Part shown: in pieces, positions 36,762 through 48,680 of the stretch
Position numbering within the stretch: the stretch's first letter is position 1
Layout: every line of letters starts with the position of its first letter
Made by a program: the position numbers and the translations under genes
Source: Dipteris shenzhenensis
Taxonomy: Eukaryota
DNA length: 64,000 bases
Reading direction: 5' to 3' (one strand)
Assembly (NCBI GenBank): GCA_047967505.1
Contig: CM106538.1
Notes under the pieces: generated by a model
The model's database searches: none
Told to the model about the DNA's origin: nothing
Seen by the model: the letters and a program-made list of their open reading frames with translations, nothing else

Positions 36762-37321
36762 AGGTACTTGAAAAGCATGACTTTTTTTTCCTTGCACAAC
36801 AATAATTTATTTGAATACTAACAAATATTTGGAAGGTATGACATTGATCTTTTTTCTTTATCTTTTTTTTTGCAGACCATTGCTTTGTGGTTGCAAGTTT
36901 TGCACACTCGACAAAATATCAAGGACTAGTGTTGCATTCTTACTTTTTCTCCAACTAAACTAAAATGGTGTTTTTGAACACCACCTATTTTTGAGAAGAG
37001 GCAAAAAATGCTTCATTAAACTCAAACATATGATGTTTTTTTCTCGGCTAATGCAGAACAGGCACACTCCAAATTGTGAATTTCATATACACGGCCAAAT
37101 CCAGGGAGAAAGTCAATGGAGTGCACTCAATGCATTGTAATTGTAACCCCTCAAAAAATACCATGCATTGGTCAAAACCTCAACATTTGACATTTTATTT
37201 ATGTTGATGCAAACCATGCACATTTGCAAGATTTGGATGGACTCCCAAATCTATGGGAAAAATCAATGAAAAACATTGAATGTTACATAATAACAACCCC
37301 TCAAAAGTTCCCAAATTATCA

Positions 37322-37351
37322 GGATTTTCCCAAATTCTCTAATATGGTGTT
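37322..37351 (-). repeat. Right TIR
   Basis: Reverse complement aacaccatattagagaatttgggaaaatcc; one mismatch to the left TIR. Confidence 0.95.
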
Positions 37352-37355
37352 AGTG

Positions 37356-38576
37356 GCAGTAGAGGATATGGAGCTTATGCAGATGGATGTCAAGACAGCT
37401 TTCTTGCATGGGGATTTACATGAGGAAATTTACATGGTGCAGCCGGAAGGCTTTGAAGAAAAGGGCAAAGAGCATTTAGTTTACAAGTTGAAGAAGAGTC
37501 TCTATGGTCTTAAGCAAGCGCCTAGAGAATGGTATCAGAAGTTTGATGCTTTCATTCGGTCCCAGGGTTTTAGAAGGAGTGAAATTGATCACTGCCTCTA
37601 CACTAAAAGGGCTAAGGATAATAGCCTGATAATCTTGGCACTATATGTGGATGATATGCTATTGGCTAGCAAGAATACTTATGAGCTAGATGCATTAAAG
37701 GCCAAGTTGCATGAGGCCTTTGATATGAAGGATTTGGGACTTGCAGGTCATATTCTTGGTATGCGCATCACGCGTGATCGGAGTAGGAAACTCCTTTGGC
37801 TTTCACAAAAAGAGAATGTTACAAAAGTATTGCAGCGTTTCAATATGGAGGGAGGGAAGGCAGTGAGTACTCCATTGCCTCCACATGTGAAACTGAGTCA
37901 TACATATAGTCCCAAATCAGATGAGGAGAGGGCCATGATGCCCAAGGTTCCTTATGCATCAGCAGTTGGGAGTCTTATGTATGCTATGATAGCTACTAGA
38001 CCAGACATTGCATTTGCAGTGGGAGTTGTTAGCCGGTATATGGCTAATCCAAGAAAGAGGCATTGGGAGGCAGTTAAGTGCATCATGAGGTACATGAAGG
38101 GTACCAAGGAGATGTGCATCTGCTTTGGTAGAGGAGACATGCGTGTACTTGGGTACACAGATTCAGACTATGCAGGGCATGTGGATAGTAGGAGATCCAC
38201 TTCTGGTTATGTGTTCACCTTTGCAGGTGGTGCAGTGTCGCGGATGTCTCATGCACAGAAGTGCGTTGCTTTGTCTACCACAGAGGCTGAGTATGTTGCA
38301 GCCACAGAGGGTTGCAAGGAGGCTATATGGCTTGATCGGCTGGTGGGAGATTTGGGGATTCATACAGGTGTACCGACATTGCATAGTGATTCCATGAGTG
38401 CTATTCAGCTAGCACGGAATCTGGTCTTTCATGCAAAGACCAAACACATTGAGGTCAGGTACCATTTCATCAAGGAGGTACTTGAGGAAAAGCGCATAGA
38501 GCTTGTCAAGGTTCATACAGACGATAACCTTGCAGATATGCTGACGAAGAGTCTACCTAGTCAGCGGTTTGAGTAG
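37356..38576 (+). pseudogene. Copia-A RT-RNase H (resumes after the TIR element)
   Basis: QMDVKTAFLHG, LYVDDML, YTDSDYAG, KHIEVRYHF. Confidence 0.95.
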
Positions 38577-38654
38577 TCGTGAATTGATGGGCATTGGATA
38601 GTATGCTCACTAGTTGTTCTCCCTTAAAGGCACATTGTCCTTTAAGTGGGAGGT

Positions 38655-38829
38655 TGTGGGGGTTAAAGGTCACTATGCCTTTACCCCGGTTATGTACAAT
38701 ACTCAAACACATATATAAATGAATGAAAAAGAAGATTAGGGTGGTTCTGCACCCACCAAAACTTGTGTGGCTCTCTGTCTCTCTCTCTCTCTCCTTCTTC
38801 TGTTCTTGCTTCCATTGAGAGCACTCTCA
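38655..38829 (+). repeat. Copia-A 3' LTR
   Basis: Preceded by PPT aagtgggaggt (38644-38654) and followed by TSD aacca. Confidence 0.97.
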
Positions 38830-38834
38830 AACCA

Positions 38835-40491
38835 CATGAACCAAGTCATAATTGATGATTTAAAGAAGACTTTAAAACTTGCAGACTTTTTTTATGTGTC
38901 ATTGGATGAGTACACAGCTATGGATACTACATCGTGGTTGGGAATGCATTTGTACGTGGTAGAAAACAATAAGAGAAAACCATATTTTTTACATGTACAC
39001 AAACTTAATTCAGAATCCAATGCTAATAACTTGGTGCAAGTTTTGATCCAAGCTTTAAAAGAGTATGGAGGCATGACAGAGTCTGAGATGGTCAAGAAAC
39101 TTATTTGTTTTGCATGTGATGGTGCTTCAGTCTTGCAAGGTTGTCAGAATGGTGTCTCTGTACAAATAGAAACAAAATATGCTCCTTACTATGTTGGGAT
39201 ACATTGTATGGCTCATCGCACAAATCTAGCTTACAAAGTTGTGTCCACATTTCCATCATTACAACAAATCGAGACGGTTAAAAAAAGCTACTCTTACTTT
39301 TGCAAGAGTCCAAAAAGATACAATCAATTTAGAGTTATTGCAGAAGCACTGGGTACAAAACGGAGGAAGATTTTGAAGAATGTGGATACTAGATGGATAT
39401 CTTTGGTTCAGCCAGTGAAAAGATTATGGGATGAATACAAGACTTTGGTCTATTTAATGCACATGGAGGCAGAAGAAGAGGTTGAAAAGGCAAATATTTT
39501 GTATCATAAACTGACCAACATAGATTCGATATTGGGATTGTGTGGAATTATTCCACTTTTAAACAAAATGAATATGTTGAGTAAAATGTCGCAATCGAAG
39601 GATATTTATATCAATGAATATGTCAAGGCAATAAAACTCACTAATTTGAGTATAACAGCAACATACGATAAGAAGTCAAGCTCCAGTTTTTAAGACGAGA
39701 AATTGTTTAAAGATTGGAAAAGTTTAATAGACCTAGATGGGGATTCCTCACTTTTAACATGTGACCAGGAAGGATATGATTGCCTTCATGCAAACAATCA
39801 GGTTTTCAGGATGAGGAGAGAAAAAAAATGACACAAAAGACTACAATACATTAAAAAAGAGGTTTTTTTAAAGAAAGTACAAACAATGAAAAATGCCCTT
39901 AGTGAAGTTGCAAGTGCAGTGGTAGATGAGATTAGAAGTAGGTTTCCACGAAATGACCTAATGGAAGCATTTACCATCATATTTCCACATTTTTGGGTCA
40001 ATGGATCTTATGAAAATATCAAAGCAGGTCTAAAGAATCATTCGGATGCTCTCAAAAAGCACTTTGGATAGGACACTGACATGGACAATATAAAGTACAA
40101 TGGTTTGTTGGATTTTGGAAAGCTTTATTCACAGTCTTCCCTTTTTGGAGAAGTCATGCACCAGCAAAGTAATTTAATGGAAAACGTTCAAATGCAATGT
40201 TCAATGGTTCGGCTTTGGAACGAGCTCTCTCGCAATACATTCCTACAAGATAACATTTCTGAGTACTTCAAGCTTGCAAATTTATGTCAAACCTTTATTC
40301 TTGGCTAAGTTGAGGATAAAAGGTGTTTTAGTACTCTCAATTACTTGAAGAATAAGCTTCGTAATAAGCTAGATGATAACTTAGATCTTAGCTTGAGATT
40401 ATATTCTTGTTCTTATGATGTTAGTAGCTTTCCGTATGATAGAGCATTAGCACTCTGGAAGTCAAGCTGTAAAAGAAAAGGCTATAATTAG
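38835..40491 (+). pseudogene. hAT transposase catalytic core and dimerization domain (stops and frameshifts)
   Basis: SLDE, FACDGASV, HCMAHR, DTRW, and VEDKRCFSTLNYLKNKLRNKL (hATC-type motif) at ~40310. Confidence 0.9.
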
Positions 40492-43400
40492 CCTTTTTGG
40501 ACTATTTAAACTAGACTTTGAGAATTTTCTTCCCCCATTGGATTTGAAGGATATTCATTATCTTTAAACAATTTTATGTTTTGCATACTCTACAATATCC
40601 TAAATGCTAGCTATTTCATGTATTTTGAAATTATGTAAAACGGAAAAGACAGAGTTTTCAATATAACTAGTTTTTAGTATATTTATGAAAATTGAAAGTT
40701 TTTTAAATGCCCTAGAATATTTAGCCAAGTTTTGAAACAAAAATTATAACAAAAGATATAATTCGCCAATTCTTTGAAACTTTTAAAAATAATTTATGAA
40801 AAATTTTGCCAGTATATTATAATACTATATTTCTATACCTTCGATAAAAACATCCCTGCTTAATACTATATATGCAAGGTTTTCCAAAATATAACCTCTT
40901 AGATGTGCTCAAATGGGGTTTTTCGAATTTGAGTGGCTGAATGACTATATTTGGACATTGGATGTGAAAGTTATGTCACTTTTAGAAGTGCTGTCCAAGG
41001 TACCTTGAAAGACCTTGTTCAAAGGGGTTTCGCTGGCGAAACTACCTTGATGGCTTGCTTCAGTGAGTTTTCTTTGGAGAAACCCTTTCATGAAGATAGG
41101 TTGAGAGAGGTTTTTCAATGTCACCCCCTATTAAGTAAAAAGTTGTAAGAAGGATCATAAGGGAATTTTCATAGAGAAGTCTACTCTACATGTGGGTTTC
41201 TTGAAAAGCCATCCCATTATGTTCTCACCATTCCCAAAGATTCACATAAATATTCATGTATAAAATAAGCATTCCTATAATACTTTTCATATTTCTAAGT
41301 GAAACTATGTTTTCTTTTTATCCATTTTTGTCATATTTTTGCATAGTTGGAAGCTTTTTTTTTCCTTCGCTCGGACGCTTGGAAGATTTTGCTCGAAAAA
41401 TGCTCGTAACCCAAACAAACTAGGTGTTTAAACATCATAGTTACATTTGGGTAGATAGGTAATACTTGTTTTCCCTGGCTTGTTATCACTTTACCTAGGA
41501 CTATAGACAACCATATGGATTCTTAGATAATTTAAAAAAATTTTAAGGCACAAGTGAAGTTTAAGTCACAAGTGGAGTAAGGAGCAAATGAGTGCGTGGG
41601 TAGCGAAGGGATTAGAGGAGGTATGGGATGATTAGTGGGCCTGGTGTGTGGGGTGGTTAAAAAGAGAGTGCAAAGGGGAGATTTCCCAGGGGGTTCATAA
41701 AAGAATAATTCATAGTTGGGTAAGTGTGTGTGTGTGTGTGTGTGTGTGACCATGGTTTTTTCCTACTCAATTGGTTGCATTAGCAACCAACTACCTTTTG
41801 AGACAACCATTTTTTGTCAGCGACCATCTACATTCACCCTATTGGTGAACTCTATAGATGCAATGCATGTTGTAGGTCACCGAGAAACAACTCTCACCTC
41901 TATGTCAAGGTCTTTTGTATTTTGAGTTACAATGCTTCACGTTGGGATGCCCTAGGGTGCTTGTTTCCATGGATGATTCGTGAAAGAGAACCAAACTTGC
42001 AAATGGGTAAAATGCAAGTGAGAGAACTAGGAGAAAAAGTAGGAACACAAGCGACAAAGCCCGTTTAGGCAAGATAGACACCCTAGTTCCATGGATGGAA
42101 AGTGCAAACATCCTAGAATGGGGGGGGAGGGAAATAGGCCCAATCCTAGACTAGAGAAAACATATTTGAATCTTTGATTCGTACAAGTAGGAAAACTAGT
42201 TTAGGAGGGAAATCATATTTGAGTCCATGATCTTTTTTAAAAATGACTCCTTGTCAGGTTTATACAATTGTACATCCATAAAGTTTTGTTTCTTTCTCTT
42301 ATTATGTGAAGTTATTTTGTATTTTTTCTTTTTTCCCAACGTTACGTTGGCCCTCTTGTGATTGGTGGAGAGGGATTTTTCATTTTGGCCAAAAGGCCCC
42401 AAAATGAGTTTCCTTTTTTCCTAATGGTATTCTTTCATTAAAATTGTACACCCATTTGATGCAAATGTCTGTGTGCGTGCCGTATTGGCTACACATTGAT
42501 TCCAATTAAAAGTCGATTTGAGGGCTCATTATGTTTTCAATTAACAAGAGATTATGTGCAGCTCGCTATCTGCCTATGCAAAGTAGGTAATTGTATGAAG
42601 ATGGGACACCTTGCTGTGGTGGGTTAATACATTTGGATTCCTATACTACTGTCTTTAACCCCTACTTGTAAAATTATTGTTATGCCTGTAAATAGGTGTG
42701 TTGTCTCAATGGTGGTGACTCACATGTCGATGTTGAAGGGATGCCGTTGGAGCCTCCACTCCAAGCTACTTCCTTATGAGAGTAATGTAAGCACGAGCTA
42801 TCCACTTGTGTCACACAAGTGGCTTTCAGATTGTCGCAGGAGAGAAAGAGGGAAAGGAGAGAGGGAAGAAGAGAAGGGAGAAAGAGAAGGGGAAGAGAGA
42901 GTGAAGGGGGATGGAGTAGCAAACACAAAGGCACTACTAAAGAGACAAGATAACACCCAAAGACACTCTTGAAAGAGAAGAGGGAGCTTGTATTCCAGAC
43001 TTGTGCATACAACAATGGAGACCAAAGTCAACCATTTGGTCTTTTATACATGTCACCTTTTGAAGGGAGGGCCAACCCTTTTCCTTTTAGCACTCTCCCT
43101 TGCTTTACATTAAAAGTCTCTTGGGCCCATAGGGTGCATATTTGCTATCCTTTCCATCTCTCCCCTACTGTTCCACTCCTTGTGTCAGAAATAACACTTG
43201 TGTTAACCATGTTAGAGCACTAAATAGCGCTTGTCTTAGCCTCGAGCCTCCAAGGACAAAACTATTTGGGCCTTAAACCCTCTGTATGAGGCTCAAAACC
43301 TGGAGTCGCAAGGCCGATCTTGGGCTTCTTATGGCTTGACCCCCATGAGGCACATAACCGCACTAACCACATTTTGTGGCAATTTGCCACTGGAATCTAC

Positions 43401-43599
43401 AACCTGTGACTATTTGGGGTACATGGGGCTCAAACTCCCAAAGCTTGTACTATACTCCTTCCATGGATGCAACTGTTGAAGTAAATCATGAAGCCTAATC
43501 ACCTCTAATCCCACTAGTTACCTTGCATTCTCGATGACTGTACTCTGCCTTTCCTGTTGTTCGATTTGACAAAGACTAGGTTATGGTGAGCTCCACAAA

Positions 43600-44850
43600 C
43601 AAACATCGTAATTGGAGAAATAACTTCAATCCAATCATATTCAGACTACGACGAGAAAAAACTAATATCTAATTCATTCTGAATCCTCATGGAGTTGCCT
43701 CCAACTACACTTTGTACATCATCAAGATTGACAAAGACATGATTGAGGCAGTAAAGGCCACCCTTTCACACTGATTACATAATAATGTACCTGCCAATGA
43801 GCATATATTTAGAGTAGGCAACTTGATATTGAACACATAACACATTAGTGCACCACAAGCTATTTATTTGTCATTGTTGAGGTCACTGACAAGCGCAACT
43901 AGAGAGTTTTGATACAATGACACAAGCCTAGTGTGGATGAACAGACCCTACTATAAAACGTCACACATAGCTAGAGAAGATGGACCCATCGGGCACCAAT
44001 ATTTCTAAATGACATTATTACCAAATACCTCAAGTTTACTGCACATTTGCCTCATGACATGTGCCAGCCAGTACAGAATAAGGAAGGCACGAGCAAAAGA
44101 ATGCAAACATGCAAAGATTGTAAGATTCAACTAGTACAACAAAACCAAGGACTCTAAAAACCATCAAAGAGAGCTTTGCTTGCAGTTCTTGACCTTTTTA
44201 TCTTGCAAGCATTTATTAAGTGATGAGACTCCCACAAAGCATGACATGTACAGCGATGGTGCAGACACAATAGAGGCTAATCACTGCTCTACCAATATTA
44301 ACAATAAGCACTAGTCCAACTTTAACAAAATCATGTCTTTGCCAAAAATAATAACAAGCACTAGTCCAACTACTTCTACCTCATCCAATAGTGCAGACTC
44401 CAAAGACAACAATCTTGTGTTCGACATCAAAAAAGAAATGAACCTACACACTAGATCAAATCAGTTCCATCAGCCTAGACAACGTATATACAAGTTCATG
44501 TCCAGTACTTAGTACGATGCCATGCTACAAAAATGAACCTCAAAGTAACGCATTATCTTGGATGATGTGATGTTGAAAAAATCCTTATCTCAAATTTTCG
44601 CTTGCACTTCTTCTTGTTCGGAAATGCAAACACAGGAAAGATGCTCGCATTGTTGTTGATAGTGCAAGCACTTCTTCGTTTACTATTCACACAAAGAAAT
44701 ATCAGATGTCGACTTGCCAAGGGCATTACTGCTTATATACCTTGGGAAAGTAGCATTCACCAACTACATGAGCCTTTCGGTAGAAAAACTCCAATCTTTA
44801 TCCACATTGTATAGAAACTTGAAGCTAGTCATTCTTGATGAATGCTACTA
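43600..44850 (+). pseudogene. Helitron-type Rep/PIF1 helicase relic
   Basis: Degenerate NNFNPII...NI*FILNPHGVAS, GNLILN..HISAPQAIY, HQRELCLQF, HFFLFGNANTGK (Walker A), LKLVILDE (Walker B). Confidence 0.7.
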
Positions 44851-46059
44851 TTCCCAAACTCCTTCATGCATCCTACTTTTCTTATAGCACTTGTCTCTTC
44901 TCCATAAGTCTCCAACCATCCTTCCTTAGCCACCTATTATTAAATGCATTAAAAACACTCTCCTAGTACTGGAAAAAAAAAGAGGAAAAACATAGCAACA
45001 TCAACACCCAATGGCATATCCTTGTTGTCTACATTCCATAAGTATAAAATCCAACTTGCAATCTCCCTTCTTCCCTTCTCTTCCCAACCAAATTGTCTTC
45101 GTTTGGCTATCATAACATAATTAGCAACGCTACCAATGTACTTTCTATTCTCATAATTGAGGTCCCAATATCTCATAGACATCTGCATGTAAGACTTCCA
45201 AGTTCCACACACAATCTACAACAATAAAAATTGTTCCAACTTCCTTCATAGTTTTATGTAAATGAAATCCCATATGCATCACCACACAAAAATCATGTTC
45301 GAAAGCAAATTCTTCTTTGTCAAAAGATTTCCATCATCAATATTGTCTGTTATTATTGTATTTAAAAAAAATATGAAACTACTTAACAAACAAAAAAATT
45401 TACAAACAAAACTTCCGTTTCGTCCAACAGAGCAATGACTTGATCAAACATAGATTCTTCTTCCTTGAGAATCTTCTTGAAATGTAACTACAGTTTTGAA
45501 TGTGTATCGCATCTCATACATGAATCCAAAAGATGATGTGCCTTCGGTAAAGCACTCCTTCTCCAAAATACTTTGATTGAAAAGAAGACTTAGAGATGAA
45601 AGATAGAGACTCAACATCGATCAATCACCACAAATACCAACCATCACATCAGCCAAGAACACCCAAATGAATTGAGACCGAAATGGTTGATCACTTCAAT
45701 CACCAACTTGCTTATTCAAGAACATATCACCCATTCACTTCCATCAAGCAAACTAGATTCCAAACAAATCATGATTACCAAATTAACCCAACCAAACACG
45801 TTGATCCTCTTAACTACAATTATACTAACTCAACTACGATTATCCAACCCACCTCAACATCTCACCCAATCCCCATTGGCAAGCCACGTGAATTTTCACC
45901 TTATTCTTATTCGTTTTGTCTTTCAGACCTATGGCCAAGCATCAATATATTTCCAAGGCTACAGTTTGTACAATTTTTTTGTTTTCTTTGGACCTTTCAA
46001 TATTTCAATGTTCAAAAGGCATGATGAGGTAAATCGCTCATGGACCTCAGACAATAGGT

Positions 46060-47800
46060 AAAACAAATTTCTTTCTCCTTCGATTGCCTCCATGGGGAAT
46101 TTGAGAGCTTGAACAAGGTGCGAGTACAAGAATACCTTCGAATAGTCCTCAAGCAAGCGGCGGTAGTGGTGGTCATCCTACCTTTTGCAGTACCATCCAA
46201 ACACCACAACTGTCTCTGCATTGTATGCATTACGCCAACCATTCCGTGGTACACTTTTTAGTTGCTCCTTCTCACCTGCACATTTGACAATGTAAAACTC
46301 CACACCATTGCTATTGCTTGCCTCGACGTTGATAGCAAAATTATCCCCTATACTAAGGGCATCACTTAGAGCATCATGTCCACCTTCACAGATTGGGTCC
46401 AAAACGATGCCATACTTGTCATCGTTGATAGAATTGGAAGAACATGGCTCACACGTGCCCACTTATCAACATGAGTCTCCAATGTTCCTACATACATACA
46501 AAGCAATAACATGAAAATTGTTTTGTTCTCAATTTAGTAGGATCATCCTTTGAAAAGCCACACATGCAATGCATCAACTACGATCATGTTACATGTCTCG
46601 ATCTATTGATGGGTAGCTTAGACGTGCCCAAAGACTCAACTTCGTCGACCTCAGGAACTTCATCACATCAAAAGCACATTGTAGTTTTCCCCCATCATGT
46701 GTCAAGCACCACTATGCCTTCACCATCATGCTCCCCTTTCCCATGACCTAGGCCAAAGAAATTCCAGGTCATTTGCAAGCCTGTACGGCTGTAATATCGA
46801 GAAACAAAGTAGAAGGGCCTCACGGCCTTGAACTGAGATGCAACACCATCCAACAGACCTAGTGCCTTTTGAGATTGACACCCAGATCCCTTAACCAACA
46901 ATGGTGCAACATAAAGTAGTGTTGTACAAAAAGTGCATCATGGTCCTTGTCATCAAAGATATAGAAGTGGGTCTCTTTATGAATCTTGTTCTCCCCCTTG
47001 ATCTCAATGTGTCGATATGTTACGTGGACAAGTACGGTGACTTGGTTAGAATGCCAATGCATTGATTGTATCTCTTTTTGCTCCTAAAGCCTACAATTTT
47101 CTACAAACACAACAACATCATCGAGGAAATTTCTCAAGCACTCCTTGAATTGCTTAGCTTGCCATGTCGTCATGAAGTTATGTGGGATAAATTGCCCAAG
47201 GTTCTTCGTCCACATTTTCCCCACAGTGGACACTTCAACCTCCTTGTATATCAATACCTTCCTGATTTTCTTCTTCCATTGGTCATTCAAAACTGCAGAA
47301 CTACCTTCCTGATTTTTTTCCATTGGTCATTCAAACCTACAGCTACATTCTTTTAAACTTAATTTTAACATATGTTCTATGGCATACTGCTCATGAGGAC
47401 ACATAGTCATTATTTTGGTGTCACACTTCATGCAATCCCATTTCAAGCACTTCAAATCATGGAAAACCCCATGGACTAGTTTGCGACACATAATAGACTC
47501 CAACATGATGGTCACACCACTATATGTGTATTTATGGGTCCCACATCCACTTGATTTACCTTGAGTAAAACAAATAGGTCAGTCACATGTGCAAGACTTC
47601 CCATGAAATCCAAAATTTTCAGAGTGAATACAATGTATTGCATCTTTATAGCACATCATCTCCACGTGATAGGCACAACAGCACGTAATTCTATCTTTCA
47701 ATTTCTTGACGATAAAGAATGGTTTCAAGTTTTCAAACGAACGATGACCAATTTGTGCTTCTGGAAACATTGACTTGAACCTTAAATACAGCTCCACCTA
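46060..47800 (-). pseudogene. Sola2-like DNA transposase relic (frameshifted)
   Basis: IGHRSFENLKPFF, TCCCAYH, MHWHSNQVTVL, DDKDHD, DGVASQFK, WNFFGLGHGKGEHDGEG. Confidence 0.72.
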
Positions 47801-48064
47801 CAGCTTCAAAATCCATCAGTGAGCAGTGTATCCCTTGAACATTTGGCAAGTATCAAGCAAGCAGTCATATAATGAAAAGCACCAACTATGGTAATTCTTA
47901 GTATTGTAGATCAAATTGATATGGCAATTTTATTTAATGCTATTGAAGGTCCAGGCTAAGTGCTACCTATGCTAACTACCATATAGTCGTCCTTATGCTA
48001 GTTTTGTAGCTCTATTTCATATATAGTAGTGTTGTAACTGCTATGTGGAATGTTAGCACGTAGC

Positions 48065-48680
48065 AATGCTAAGTGTCAACATTTCTAAGTGCTAAGTGAT
48101 AGGCAATAGTGCTAAGTGCTAAGTGCCAAGTGCTAAGTGCTAAGCACTAGTGCTAGGTGCTAGGTGCTAGGTGATAAGTGGTAAGTGCTAAGTGCTAAGT
48201 GCTAAGCGCTAAGTTCTAAGTGCTAAGTACTAGGTGTTAAGTGCTAGGTGCTAAGTGCTAATTGCTAAGTGCTAAGTGCTAAGTGCTAAGTGCTAAGTGC
48301 TAAGTGCTAAGTGCTAAAAAGTACGAGCATTGCTAAGCGCTAGTGTTGATAATTGCCATGTGCTAAGTGCTAAGCACTAAGTGGCTAGCAGTGCTAAGTG
48401 CTAGCATTGCTAAATTCCATGTGCTAAAGTGCTAATTGCTAAGCGCTACCATTGCTAAGTGCTAAGTGCTAAGTGCTAAGTCCTAAGTGCTAATTGCTAA
48501 TTACTAAGTTGCTAGCAATGCTAAGTGTTATATGCTAAGCACTAATTCCTAAGTGCTAGCATTTCCTAGTGCTAAGTATGGGCGTTGCTAAGTGCTAAAT
48601 CCTAGCATTGCTGAGCACAAAGTGCTAAGTGCTAAGTGCTAATTGCTAATAAGTGCTAAGTGCTAAGTGCTATGTGCTCT
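48065..48680. repeat. (gtgctaa)n 7-bp minisatellite
   Basis: Dozens of gtgctaa units with variants. Confidence 0.95.

Larger units (their letters stand above)
11883..37351 (+). mobile_element. Large cargo-carrying TIR DNA transposon, Sola-like/unclassified (~12.6 kb without the nested Gypsy)
   Basis: 30-bp TIRs (29/30 match) and TSD agtg (11879-11882 and 37352-37355). Removal restores Copia RT (LGLVAVEDMEL). Encodes a DDD-type transposase. Confidence 0.92.
2100..38829 (+). mobile_element. Ty1/Copia LTR retrotransposon (Copia-A), full length but interrupted twice
   Basis: 175-bp TG...CA LTRs (4 mismatches), 5-bp TSD aacca (2095-2099 and 38830-38834), PBS, PPT, and gag-PR-INT-RT-RH domain order. 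Confidence 0.97.
1074..40858 (+). mobile_element. hAT-superfamily DNA transposon (outermost host of the nest; left end not identified)
   Basis: Split hAT transposase. An Ac-like right terminus aaaacatccctg (reverse complement cagggatg) ends at 40858. No matching left TIR is seen in the window. Confidence 0.65.

Noticed and set aside
37224-37355. N-terminal extension of the 450-aa RT ORF
   Set aside because: It reads through the right TIR of the DNA transposon, so it is a chimeric artefact.
38767-38834. Signal peptide (MALCLSLSLLLLFLLPLRALS) on the 308-aa ORF
   Set aside because: It is a translation of the CT-rich Copia LTR, fortuitously in frame with the hAT transposase.
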